64,000 bases of DNA from an uncultured delta proteobacterium (GTDB taxonomy: Bacteria > Desulfobacterota > Syntrophia > Syntrophales > Smithellaceae): assembly GCA_963753975.1 (NCBI GenBank), contig CAVWEH010000001.1, forward strand, positions 224,001 to 288,000, in the 5' to 3' direction. The notes below the pieces were generated by a model. The model did not search any database and had not been told where the DNA came from. It worked only from the letters and a program-made list of their open reading frames with translations. Of this stretch, positions 52,195 to 62,157 are shown piece after piece (the first letter of the stretch is position 1; the number at the start of each line of letters is the position of its first letter). A program made the position numbers and the translations under genes.

Positions 52195-53375
52195 AAAACC
52201 GGCGCAATATTATCCGATTGATATTGATTATCGCCTTCCTTACCGGGTGCGTAAGGGCTCTGCCCAAAATTCCGGCAAGGCCTCCGGAGAAACCTCTCAC
52301 ACCTTTTATTCTTGTTTCCCCCTCCAATATCGATTTTGCGGATGATCTTGATTCCGCTTCTCTGCAATTAGCGATTGAACGCAGCATCAAATATTATGAA
52401 ACTAACGGGCGGGATAAAGTCTACCGTATCGCGGATAGAGTAATCGATGCGGGCAAACTTAAAGAAACACTTATTGCCTTCGGTGAAGTTCTGCGCCAAG
52501 TGGGCGCCACCGACGATTTAAATAAAATAATCGCCGCCGACTTCGATGTCTATAAGGTGTCCGGCCCCGACCGGGACGGAAGAACGCTTTTCACCGGCTA
52601 TTACGAACCACTCATGGAAGGATCATTAACGAAAAGCGGAAAATACAAATATCCGCTTTATCGAGTGCCGGACGATTTGATTGTAAAACGAGTATCTCCC
52701 AATGAAAATAAGATCGGCCGAAATCAGGGCGGCGAGTTTGTTCCTTATTATAGCCGCAGGGAAATCGATGTCGGCGGAGTCCTGCGGGAAAAAAATCTCG
52801 AGCTTCTCTGGGTTGCCGATCCGGTGGAGTTGTTTTCTCTGCACATACAGGGTTCCGGCAAAATTAAACTGGAAGATGGAACACTTTTAACGGTCGGTTA
52901 CGCGCAGACTAATGACCGGCCTTTTCGTAGTATAACCAAGTTTATGCTGGATCAAGGCAAAATAAAAAGCAGTGAAGCTTCTTACCGTCATCTTTTCTTA
53001 AAAGGAAAGAATGAGCAAGAAATTTATGATATCTTAAGCTATAACGAAAGATACACATTCTTTCGCTTTTTGGATAAAGATCCTCTGGGCTCTTTGAGCG
53101 TGCCGGTAACTGAGGGAAGATCGATTGCCACCGATCCGGACTTCTTTCCGGAAGGCGCTCTGGCTTTTATCCGCCTGAAGAAACCGATTTTAGATGCGGC
53201 TGGTAAAGCCCGGGAGAGAGTCAATTTTTCCCGGTTTGTATTAAACCAGGATAAAGGCTCGGCCATCAAAGGCCCCGGGCGGGTCGATCTCTTCTGCGGG
53301 TTTGGGGCAAAGGCAGAAGCAGAGGCCGGCACCCTCAAAGAAAAGGGTGAACTGTATTTATTGCTGAAAAAATAA
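52191..53375 (+). CDS. mltA: Membrane-bound lytic murein transglycosylase A
   Basis: Lipobox LTGC, FTGYYEP, HIQGSG, QDKGSAIKGPGRVDLF. Confidence 0.93.
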   Translation: MKNRRNIIRLILIIAFLTGCVRALPKIPARPPEKPLTPFILVSPSNIDFADDLDSASLQLAIERSIKYYETNGRDKVYRIADRVIDAGKLKETLIAFGEVLRQVGATDDLNKIIAADFDVYKVSGPDRDGRTLFTGYYEPLMEGSLTKSGKYKYPLYRVPDDLIVKRVSPNENKIGRNQGGEFVPYYSRREIDVGGVLREKNLELLWVADPVELFSLHIQGSGKIKLEDGTLLTVGYAQTNDRPFRSITKFMLDQGKIKSSEASYRHLFLKGKNEQEIYDILSYNERYTFFRFLDKDPLGSLSVPVTEGRSIATDPDFFPEGALAFIRLKKPILDAAGKARERVNFSRFVLNQDKGSAIKGPGRVDLFCGFGAKAEAEAGTLKEKGELYLLLKK

Positions 53376-53472
53376 TATATGGTTCACTCCCCTGGTGGGG
53401 AATGAAGCATATATCTTTGTGCCTAAAAACGAAACTACTTATTTAAGTTAAGTTCCAGTAATTGTCCTGGAT

Positions 53473-53890
53473 CTAATTGTCGCAAACTTTCTTTCGGCGT
53501 GTCGTCCAGATGATGGCGCCAAAAATCAAAATCATTATTATCAGGGAAAGCAAAGTTGCCGTCGCTCCCAGTGGAGTGTCAGATAAGAAACGCCGATAAC
53601 GGGCATTAAACTCCAGCGCGTCAGCCAACGCAAGATTTAATTTTCGGCAATTGTTTGGGCAATAGGGGGACTTACCTCATAGTAAAAGTTAACCAACGCT
53701 TTTCCCACAGCGGAATTCAACAAATGGCGATCCCGGAAATCCCGCAGGATCCGGACATGCTTTTCCAGCGGTGAACCAAGGGCCGCCGTGGCAATAAAAC
53801 GCATATTACCGCTGGTTTTTACAGTTGGAGGAGCCACCGGAGTAGTCGCGGTGGCTTCGCTGGAATAACCGAAGTCTCTCCGCTATCCCA
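53473..53890 (-). pseudogene. Remnant of a surface protein with a CFI-box-CTERM anchor
   Basis: FIATAALGS...LRDFRD...[10 protein letters not shown], in-frame TAA, then LRWLTRWSLMP, a frameshifted TM and RRKK tail; no N-terminus. Confidence 0.75.
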
Positions 53891-54228
53891 GTGCGATTAG
53901 AGCCTGCCATACAATTCGCGGCAAATATCAAGCAAAGAAAGATGAACGGCGATAATCGGATGAACATGAGCGTTATATCATTTTTTTGTTAATCCATTAT
54001 ACAAGAATGCCCAAGAAACCTTGTTATCCGCAAGCATTCTACTTCTTTTGTCTATGGCTAACCCACCAGTTTGGAACGAGAAAATTGATAAGATATTCTA
54101 TTTGTTACAGAAAGTATAATTACAGTTATTTTAATGTCAACTTTTTAAATTCTTTAAAACCTCCTTGACAGCTATGGGGAAAGGCTTGGCTTGGACCCGT
54201 CACTGGTTAGATTCTTTCCTTTTGGTCA

Positions 54229-55113
54229 TTATGTGGGTGTCACAGCCCTCCAGGGGACAATCTTGGCGACAATCCAGGTAACTGCGTAAAATATTCCCAG
54301 AAGAACGACATCCGTTGGACCGACAGGCAAATCCAATTTATAGGCAATGCAGAAACCGAGGAAAGCGGCTACACCACCGATCAAAGGGGCTAGCACCGTA
54401 AACTGGTGCATGTTGCGAGCAACCAGGTGCGCCGTTAAAGCGGGAATCAGCAGGAACCCGAACGCAATCAGCGGACCGACGCTGAGCACTGCCATCGAAA
54501 CAGTCAGGCCGATCAGTAAGTAGAGCAGCACGTCCCAGAAAATGATATTCTTGCGCAGTATAATTGCCATTTCGCGGTCGAACGAGACAAGGAGCAAATC
54601 CCTGTGGAATAATACCATCACGGCGATGACCAGCGTAAGCGTAGCTGCCGTCAGTCCCAAATCGAAATTGGAGATGGCGATGACCTCTCCTTTCAGCATA
54701 TCGAGCCAGCCGATTTCACCGTAAGGATTTTTTGACAGCAACAGAATGCTCAGCGCGGCGGCCACGACGTACACGGTACCAAGCCGGCCCTCAGGTTGTC
54801 CACGTCCGCGTCGTTCTAAAAACGCCAGCACCAGGATCGCGGTCAGGGAAAATGTAATTGAGCCGACAAAAGCGAGCATGTGCGCGCTGTGTGAACCATG
54901 TTCGGACAGATGGAATCCGAGCCACAACGGAAGCGAGAGGGCGATAGCAACGCCTGTCGAGGAAATCTGAGGCAGTGCTACTCCCATGAACACCAATCGG
55001 CGCATGACAAGAAACACGCCGACGAGCGGGCAAACGAGACCGACGAGAACGCTGGTGTATATCGAATTGCGCAGGAGAAAATCTGGTGATAGAATCTGAT
55101 AAAATGTTTCCAT
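54229..55113 (-). CDS. Zn/Mn-type ABC transporter permease
   Basis: GVFLVMRR, SFDRE.A, LLIPA, DLPVGP. Confidence 0.92.
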   Translation of the reverse strand: METFYQILSPDFLLRNSIYTSVLVGLVCPLVGVFLVMRRLVFMGVALPQISSTGVAIALSLPLWLGFHLSEHGSHSAHMLAFVGSITFSLTAILVLAFLERRGRGQPEGRLGTVYVVAAALSILLLSKNPYGEIGWLDMLKGEVIAISNFDLGLTAATLTLVIAVMVLFHRDLLLVSFDREMAIILRKNIIFWDVLLYLLIGLTVSMAVLSVGPLIAFGFLLIPALTAHLVARNMHQFTVLAPLIGGVAAFLGFCIAYKLDLPVGPTDVVLLGIFYAVTWIVAKIVPWRAVTPT

Positions 55114-55114
55114 G

Positions 55115-55828
55115 TTAGTCCATCCCCATTTCAAAGATTTTTGCCATCCGTTCGGCAGTTAAGAGTTCGTGCGTTGCGCCGAGGAATATCTTGCCCTCAT
55201 GAAGCCAGATGACGTGCTCAGCATAGTGACGCACCACTGCAAAGTCGTGCGTTATAAGAAGTACCGTGATCTTTTTTTCTTTGTGGATCTGCGAAATAAA
55301 CTCCAGCACCAAATTCGTCGCTTCCCGGTCCACACCCACGGTGGGCTCGTCCAGCACCAGGACATCGGGGCGCGTAGTCAGAGCGCGGGCAATAAGCACA
55401 CGCTGTTTCTGACCGCCGGAGAGTTCGGCAAAGCGCCGCTGGGCAAACTCCTCGGCACCCGCCGCACGCAGGCATTCGCGGGTGAAGGCGCGTTCGCTTA
55501 AAGGGACGATGTGACCCGGCCGGACACGCCCGTATACGCCCATAAGGGCGACGTCGAACCCCGTGAGCAGATAAATCGGGTCGAACTGAAAAGCTTGAGG
55601 GACATAACCGAACTCGAGTGGTGCACTTGTCGATGCGGTATTAATGCGACCAGCAACTGGTGGCAACAGTCCCAGCACCGTCTTGATCAGAGTCGATTTG
55701 CCCGAGCCATTGGCGCCGAGAATAGCAGTGAAACTGGCACGGGCAATAGAAAGCGAAATACCGGATAGCACAGGTTGGTTGTTATAGCCGATAATCAGGT
55801 TGTCTAGTGTGATGAGTGCTTCATTCAT
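55115..55828 (-). CDS. Metal ABC transporter ATP-binding protein
   Basis: GANGSGKS, YVPQ, LSGGQKQR, LDEP, ITHD. Confidence 0.94.
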   Translation of the reverse strand: MNEALITLDNLIIGYNNQPVLSGISLSIARASFTAILGANGSGKSTLIKTVLGLLPPVAGRINTASTSAPLEFGYVPQAFQFDPIYLLTGFDVALMGVYGRVRPGHIVPLSERAFTRECLRAAGAEEFAQRRFAELSGGQKQRVLIARALTTRPDVLVLDEPTVGVDREATNLVLEFISQIHKEKKITVLLITHDFAVVRHYAEHVIWLHEGKIFLGATHELLTAERMAKIFEMGMD

Positions 55829-55882
55829 AATTTGTTGTGTGTCTCCGTCCGGAAAAGGCAAGCGGATACAGCCTCCATATTT

Positions 55883-56815
55883 TTATTTTTTCGTCTGTAC
55901 GGCAGCGACAATTGTTTGAATAATGTAATCCATCATCTTGATATACGTCTCCGTGTGCGGCACGCCGCCCGGCATGATGGGGAGTGTTATCATGGTTGCG
56001 TCAGTCTGTTCGGCGATCTGTTCTGGCACCTTTTCCGGAAACTGCGGTTCACGAACGACGATAGAGACATGCTCAGCCTTCATCGAGGTGATCAATTCCT
56101 GGATGTAGCGCGCTGTCGGGTCGATGCCCGGCTTCATTTCAATCGTGCCGAAGTAGTTTAAACCGAAGCGCGCCGCGAAATAGGGCCAATGCTCGTGATA
56201 GGATACGAACTTTGTCCCTTTGAATGGTTTGAGCGCTTTTTCCCATTCGGCAATCTTGGCATTGAGTATGGCGAGGTAAGCGTTGCGGTTACGAGTGAAT
56301 TCCGCTTTATGCTGCGGCGCAAATTCCACTAAGGCGTTGTAGATGTTAGCGATCGCGGTCTTTGCCAATACCGGATCAAGCATATAATGCGGATTGCCGT
56401 AAGGGTGAACGTCGCCCTCGGAATGATCGGTCGATTTGGGCACGTCGAGCGGAATGATTCCCTGGGAACAGTCAACGTAGCCTGGTTTGTTTACCTGAAT
56501 GCGCGGGTTCTTGCTCGCCTCCAGGAGAGCGGGAAGGAAGGCGTGCTCGCAATCAAATCCCACCAGGATCATCAGGTCTGCCCGGTTCATCATTGGCACG
56601 AAGCTCGGCTTCATCGGCACCCCGTGGGTGTCTTCAACGCCGGTCGCCAGGCTGTGAACATCGACCAGATCGCCGCCGACAGAACGAGCAAAATCCGCCA
56701 GATCGGTCAGCGTTGTAACTACGCGAATCTTCTCAGCGTGAGCGGGCATAGCCCACCCCCACAATACGCCAGTGAGCGCGATGATCAATAATAGACTATA
56801 TGACTTAGATTTCAT
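55883..56815 (-). CDS. Metal ABC transporter substrate-binding protein (ZnuA/TroA family)
   Basis: Signal peptide; DTH, GNPHYMLDP, YH..W.YF motifs. Confidence 0.92.
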   Translation of the reverse strand: MKSKSYSLLLIIALTGVLWGWAMPAHAEKIRVVTTLTDLADFARSVGGDLVDVHSLATGVEDTHGVPMKPSFVPMMNRADLMILVGFDCEHAFLPALLEASKNPRIQVNKPGYVDCSQGIIPLDVPKSTDHSEGDVHPYGNPHYMLDPVLAKTAIANIYNALVEFAPQHKAEFTRNRNAYLAILNAKIAEWEKALKPFKGTKFVSYHEHWPYFAARFGLNYFGTIEMKPGIDPTARYIQELITSMKAEHVSIVVREPQFPEKVPEQIAEQTDATMITLPIMPGGVPHTETYIKMMDYIIQTIVAAVQTKK

Positions 56816-56828
56816 GTTGAATTCCTCC

Positions 56829-58277
56829 TTAACGTTGCTGCCAACCATGTGAGTGTGAGCCGATGATCCACGCCCATTGCAGATAAACAGCACTGTCGGC
56901 GGGTCTGCCGGACTCTGCGTTGGGATCGGTGTATGTGTACTGAAGGCGCAATTGATTCCAGTGACTAAATGCCCAGGTAATGTAAGGAGAATAGGCAAAT
57001 GTTTTATCCTGATTATTCACCTCATTCTCTACATATTCCAACAGGAACCCGGCTGACCACTCCCGATCAAACTTGTAAGTGAGATAAGAATACAAGCCAA
57101 GGGCGCCAACGGACTGGCCGGGGAGGGCGTTATCCGATGAATCGGTTACGTCATAGCGGTTATCGCTGTAGAGCACTTCTGTGCCCCAGGTGACGCTCTG
57201 GAACTGATTGTTGCGCAGTGGCTTGTAGCTTAGAACCATGTCTGCTCCCCAAAGGCGGCGCTCGCGTTCAGTGAAGGTGTTGCCAGCTACTATAGGAAAC
57301 GGAGGATTAACACCGCCGGCTGCTGCCCACTGTGCGTCCGTACTTGGATTCCACAGGGCTGAAATGCCCGGTTCGAGTGATATATCGGAAGTCAGGTCGA
57401 AATAAGTGGACAAATGGCCCCAATAATTTAACCCGCTGCCGTTACGGAAATCGCCGACAAAGTTTGGCGGATTGTCGCCACCAAACTGGTTGCCCGCGCC
57501 AACGGTCAGGCTCACGTAGTGCTCGACCGGCAACAGCCAATTAAGCTGCAAGCCGTCTGTCCTCGATTCGCCGCCGATATATTGGGCGAGCGCCAGTGGA
57601 CGGTTAACAAACGGCAGTTCGTGGTCGTGGATATATCCCAGTCGGCCAAACTCGCCGAAAAAACGTCCTGCCTTCAGCTCCAGGTTCCAGGGCAGCGATG
57701 TCGTCTGCAGTGCGGCCTCTTCGACATTCAAAGCCGCTTCGCCGGTAACGGGATCGGCTGATGCGTTGAGCACAACATAGGCCTTCGCAAACGGGTCGAC
57801 CGCTGCCGCTGCATTCAATTCCACCGAACGTTGAAATACATCAAACCCGCCGGGACGATCGCTTCCTGTTTCCGTCGATCCCTTGCTGCGATAACTAAAG
57901 ATTGTCTCGCCCACAAGCCCGATGGATGGGTTGAACTCGCTCGGCAAGACTTTCCTTTGCGCTTCGGCTACTTGATCTACCTTCTCCTTCAGTTCTTTTA
58001 CTTCCTGCTGCATCTCGCCGGATGGTGCCGTCTTTTCGGCAGCGACGCCCTCAGGCTTTGATGAGGGGTGCATTTGTTTGGCCTCATTCTTCTTATTTTG
58101 TTCTTTCAGTTCATTAATCATTATTTGTTGCGCTTTGATCGTTTCTTCCTGTTTTTTTAATGCCTCCTCCAGTGTGCGAATCCTCGATTCAATTTCACCT
58201 TCAGCAAATGCATGGCTTGATAGCGCCGGAAGAAAACAAAGGAAAATAAATATAATTATTCCTTGTTTCATACACAC
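56829..58277 (-). CDS. Outer-membrane beta-barrel protein, probable metal-uptake porin
   Basis: Signal peptide, coiled coil, VEEA, KAGRF, HDHE, C-terminal LQW..IGSHSH. Confidence 0.8.
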   Translation of the reverse strand: MCMKQGIIIFIFLCFLPALSSHAFAEGEIESRIRTLEEALKKQEETIKAQQIMINELKEQNKKNEAKQMHPSSKPEGVAAEKTAPSGEMQQEVKELKEKVDQVAEAQRKVLPSEFNPSIGLVGETIFSYRSKGSTETGSDRPGGFDVFQRSVELNAAAAVDPFAKAYVVLNASADPVTGEAALNVEEAALQTTSLPWNLELKAGRFFGEFGRLGYIHDHELPFVNRPLALAQYIGGESRTDGLQLNWLLPVEHYVSLTVGAGNQFGGDNPPNFVGDFRNGSGLNYWGHLSTYFDLTSDISLEPGISALWNPSTDAQWAAAGGVNPPFPIVAGNTFTERERRLWGADMVLSYKPLRNNQFQSVTWGTEVLYSDNRYDVTDSSDNALPGQSVGALGLYSYLTYKFDREWSAGFLLEYVENEVNNQDKTFAYSPYITWAFSHWNQLRLQYTYTDPNAESGRPADSAVYLQWAWIIGSHSHGWQQR

Positions 58278-58343
58278 ATCTCCTTCATCCTCAATACAGG
58301 GGATAATCGTCAGTAATGCGGTTTCTTATTATTATTGATTGAA

Positions 58344-58640
58344 CTACGCAGATACTGAAACTGGAGGTGCCCGGTCAGAATATATGGGAAATTTGGATAT
58401 GGCCTGATGAAATGTTTCTTCGGGCTGGTGAAGATTAGTGCTTGAAGGATAAAAAACAAAGGAATTGTGAATTTCTAAAGTGCCGGAGAAAAATAAAGTT
58501 GCGGCAACACATAATGGACATTCAGAATGTTTGCACCCGTCATCGTGATGATGGAACGTAATTGCCAGGAAGGCAAATAGAAACATAATCGCAAAAAAAA
58601 TAAATATTTTTTTACGATTTACTTGGGAAATAGTCATCAT
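58344..58640 (-). CDS. DUF2946-like leader peptide (His/CxxC, C-terminal RAPP)
   Basis: Hydrophobic N-terminus, HHHDDGCKHSECPLC, DRAPP five codons before the stop; exact start uncertain. Confidence 0.75.
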   Translation of the reverse strand: MMTISQVNRKKIFIFFAIMFLFAFLAITFHHHDDGCKHSECPLCVAATLFFSGTLEIHNSFVFYPSSTNLHQPEETFHQAISKFPIYSDRAPPVSVSA

Positions 58641-58937
58641 TTTTATACGCCGGATAAACAAATTCTTTAGTGCAGGTATATAGGAAATGAATGATCGCTT
58701 GTCAAGAAGAAATGAGACGGAGATTATTTTGGGTGAATAGGCGAAAAAATATTTTCACCACTGCCAGTTGAAGTGTTGCATATTGGCAGGGATCTTGAGA
58801 CTCACGATTTCACGAAGAAGCACTCACCGAAAAACACCTTATCTTTTAAAATCATAGTAAGAATTTATTGTTGATTATTATTCGAAATGATCACAGCTTA
58901 GATGGATTGAGAAGTGATTCAAGATCTCTTCAGGAAG

Positions 58938-59873
58938 CTATCGGGGTCTGGCCGGACGGCCGTAGGTTACTCCCGCAATGGGTTCTTCCAAGATAGCCTG
59001 TTGCAGCTTGTTCAGGGTGTCCTGACACAAAAACATCACCCTGCGCTTCTGATTAAGGGAAATGGACAGTGACTTTACGTTAGTGTTTTCACGCGAAAGC
59101 GCCAGAATCCGGGTTCTGATCTTGCTGAACCGGGCATAGCTTGATACAGCCGTCGCCAGATCAGTATTCTGCTTTAATTTCGGGAGCGCAGTCAGTTCAT
59201 CCAGATTTTTACGAATCTGGTTGTCTTCCTTGGACATCAGGGTTTCCAATTCATCCATCTTCTGATCGCTTTCCTCAGCAATATGCGGTGGGATCAACGT
59301 CTGAAGGCGCAAGCTGCTGATCTCAGCGCCATAAGCAAGGAGTATCACCTGTTTTTCTTCTGGAGATCCGGTATTTGATGCAATCAAGCGCGATAGCGCG
59401 GTATTCATTTCGTTGATTGTAGCTCTGGCCGGCCCAAACGTTAGATTATACGCTTTGATATTGGTGTCCTTGACCGCCAGATCCAGTAAATCGTTATCGA
59501 TGCGCTGGAACTCGGTGAAAAGTTCAGAGAATTGGTTAAATAACTCCTTCTCGCTTTGGGTAGCGCCAGTTTTCAGGAGTTCGCCCAACTCCCGACGTAC
59601 CTGTTCGACTTCCGCCGTAGCCGTTCGGGCTTGGCTCGCAAATGTTTGCGAATCCTGGTCTGTGATGGCAAGGACTGCACTCTTTTCTGCTTCTGACGCC
59701 GAGGCCAGGCCTAATCGTATCCGACTTACTAAGTCAACTCGGCTCGCCTTGAAGGCCAATTGCTCAGCGGGATTCTGATTTTGGTAGAAATGAAACACTA
59801 TCAGGATAAGCAAAAGCAGCATTACTGCTCCAGCAGCCATCCAAACGACGTTCTCTTTGTCGGGTTTGATCAT
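58938..59873 (-). CDS. Single-TM periplasmic four-helix-bundle (MCP-type ligand-binding) protein
   Basis: One N-terminal TM, then two repeated helical units (AEKSAVLA / SRENTNVK); no signalling domain. Confidence 0.75.
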   Translation of the reverse strand: MIKPDKENVVWMAAGAVMLLLLILIVFHFYQNQNPAEQLAFKASRVDLVSRIRLGLASASEAEKSAVLAITDQDSQTFASQARTATAEVEQVRRELGELLKTGATQSEKELFNQFSELFTEFQRIDNDLLDLAVKDTNIKAYNLTFGPARATINEMNTALSRLIASNTGSPEEKQVILLAYGAEISSLRLQTLIPPHIAEESDQKMDELETLMSKEDNQIRKNLDELTALPKLKQNTDLATAVSSYARFSKIRTRILALSRENTNVKSLSISLNQKRRVMFLCQDTLNKLQQAILEEPIAGVTYGRPARPR

Positions 59874-60144
59874 CAGAAATTCCTATTGGAAACTAGATTG
59901 ATTGACAAGAACCTTCTTTTTCCGGCGTGAGAATATACTAAGAACGATCTTGCGAGTCAATGGAATTTTGACCAGAAAATATGGGGTGCGGTGTAGTTGT
60001 TTGTCGTCGGACGTGAACCGTGTTTATTACGGATTGAAGTCTTACCTTTTAATTAAGAAGGATAAAAAATGATACAAAAATGTACGGCAAATATCGCTTG
60101 ACAGACATATAAAAAGGGCATAGCTAGCTCGACAATGTTTTAAC

Positions 60145-60263
60145 AATGCCTAAATCCGTCAGCATTGGATGCGGGGGAACCAAGAGTTTCGGGGCGAATT
60201 TCTTAGCGAGTGAAGAAAGGGACACTTCCATGTCCGAGCCCGTCAGCTAACCTCGTCGGCGTA
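60145..60263 (+). promoter_or_regulatory. ydaO/yuaA-class c-di-AMP riboswitch
   Basis: AATCC..GGA..CGGGGGAACC..GGGGCGAAT..AGGG..CCGAGCCCGTCAGCTAACCTCGTCGGCG consensus blocks upstream of kdpA. Confidence 0.9.
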
Positions 60264-60436
60264 TGGGAGGATAAAAAAATGCCTGTTCTTCTTTCGTCAA
60301 TTCTACGGCGATTGTCTGTTGCTGAAAACCGTAAATCACTGTGGCAGCTTGCATATGGCCATCCTGGGCTTGATCGGCCACGTTGCGTTTAATTTTTAGC
60401 CGCGTTTTCCAAGAGGGGAAGACAAAGGAGGTTTAA

Positions 60437-62146
60437 ATGACAACGAACGACTGGTTATGCCTGACGTTATTTCCGTTAATCTTGACGATATTGGCTTTCC
60501 CTTTGGGAGAATATATGGCTCGGGTATTCAGCGGCGAGCGTTCATTTCTCGCGCCCGTTCTCGCTCCTGTGGAAAGACTATTCTATCGGCTGTTCGGCAT
60601 AGATACAAGCGAAGAGATGTCCTGGAAAACCTATGCCGTCTCTCTGGTTCTTTTTAATGTAGTCGGCATAGCAGCATTATTCTTACTACAGCTTATTCAG
60701 GGAATACTTCCGTTTAATCCGCAGAAATTCGGCGCAGTCCGCTGGGATACTGCTCTCAATACCGCTATCTCTTTTGGTACCAACACTAATTGGCAGGCCT
60801 ACAGCGGCGAACAAACCATGAGTTACCTCACCCAGATGTTGGGCCTTACTTTCCAAAACTTTTCTTCCGCCGCCATCGGCATTGTTTCCGTGATGGCCTT
60901 AATCAGGGGATTTATCCGCAAATCAGCAGCAGCTATCGGGAACTTCTGGGTGGATCTCACGCGCTGTGTTTTATATGTATTATTACCGCTGGCCGTTATC
61001 TGGTCTTTTGTTCTGGTCTCTGAAGGCGCCGTTCAAACTTTTAGTCCCTCTATACAGGTGCAGACATTGGAAGGAGCTAAACAAGTAATTGCTGTCGGTC
61101 CTGCAGCTTCGCAGGTAGCAATCAAACAGATCGGCACCAATGGGGGGGGATTCTTTAACGCCAATTCCGCTCATCCCTTCGAAAATCCGACGCCGCTCAC
61201 TGATTTTTTTGAAGTATTGGGACTTCTTTTAATTGCGGCCGCTCTGCCCTTTACTTTTGGAGCAATGTTGAAAAACCGCCGTCAAGGATTGGCGATATTC
61301 GCCGCGATGATGATTCTCTATCTTGCGGGCCTGGGTCTATTTACCTGGGCGGAAATGCGGGGGAATCCCCTGCTGGAAAAAGCAGGGGTAGCAAATGGGA
61401 TAAACATGGAAGGCAAGGAGGTACGATTCGGAGTTGTCAATTCCGTTTTATTTGCCGAGTCGACGACTGTTACTTCCTGCGGGGCCGTAAACACCATGCA
61501 TGATAGTTTAATGCCGCTCGGCGGACTGATTCTCATGTTTAACATAGCCATAGGTGAAGTGATCTTCGGCGGCGTGGGGACCGGCCTTATCGGAATGCTC
61601 GCTTACGCCGTCCTCACGATGTTTCTCGCCGGATTGATGATTGGCCGGACTCCGGAATTTATGGGTAAAAAGCTGGAGCTTTTGGAAATGGTTATGGCAG
61701 TAGTGATTATTATTTCTCCGGCTATTTTACTGCTCATCTTATCGAGCCGCGGCTATCTCTACGTCGGCGGGTATCTTACCAGCCTTGGCAATGCCGGGCC
61801 GCATGGGTTATCCGAAATTATTTACGCTTATGCCTCTACCTCCGGCAATAACGGCTCGGCTTTTGCCGGACTAAATGCCAATACAATTTTCTATAATCTC
61901 ACCACTTCTTTGGCCATGCTGGTCGGCAGGTTTTCCACAATCATACCGGCACTGGCCATAGCCGGAGCTCTGGCCGGCAAAAAAATAGTTCCGGCAAGCG
62001 TGGCAACATTTCCTACTACAAGTCTTCTTTTTATTGTCATGCTGGTTAGTGTAGTCGTTGTTGTCGGAGCGCTGACATTTTTTCCTGTATTTACTTTGGG
62101 GCCGCTTCTGGAACATCTTCTTCTGGCGATCGGCAGAACGTTTTGA
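60437..62146 (+). CDS. kdpA: Potassium-transporting ATPase subunit A
   Basis: TNTNWQ, GTNGGGFF.ANSAHPFENP, SCGAVN, GRTPE, NNGSAF. Confidence 0.97.
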   Translation: MTTNDWLCLTLFPLILTILAFPLGEYMARVFSGERSFLAPVLAPVERLFYRLFGIDTSEEMSWKTYAVSLVLFNVVGIAALFLLQLIQGILPFNPQKFGAVRWDTALNTAISFGTNTNWQAYSGEQTMSYLTQMLGLTFQNFSSAAIGIVSVMALIRGFIRKSAAAIGNFWVDLTRCVLYVLLPLAVIWSFVLVSEGAVQTFSPSIQVQTLEGAKQVIAVGPAASQVAIKQIGTNGGGFFNANSAHPFENPTPLTDFFEVLGLLLIAAALPFTFGAMLKNRRQGLAIFAAMMILYLAGLGLFTWAEMRGNPLLEKAGVANGINMEGKEVRFGVVNSVLFAESTTVTSCGAVNTMHDSLMPLGGLILMFNIAIGEVIFGGVGTGLIGMLAYAVLTMFLAGLMIGRTPEFMGKKLELLEMVMAVVIIISPAILLLILSSRGYLYVGGYLTSLGNAGPHGLSEIIYAYASTSGNNGSAFAGLNANTIFYNLTTSLAMLVGRFSTIIPALAIAGALAGKKIVPASVATFPTTSLLFIVMLVSVVVVVGALTFFPVFTLGPLLEHLLLAIGRTF

Positions 62147-62157
62147 GGAGAAGGAAA

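Noticed and set aside
60210..60392. 60-aa ORF as KdpF
   Set aside because: It starts inside the riboswitch aptamer and lacks the hydrophobic KdpF pattern; only the shorter ATG-60279 frame is plausible.
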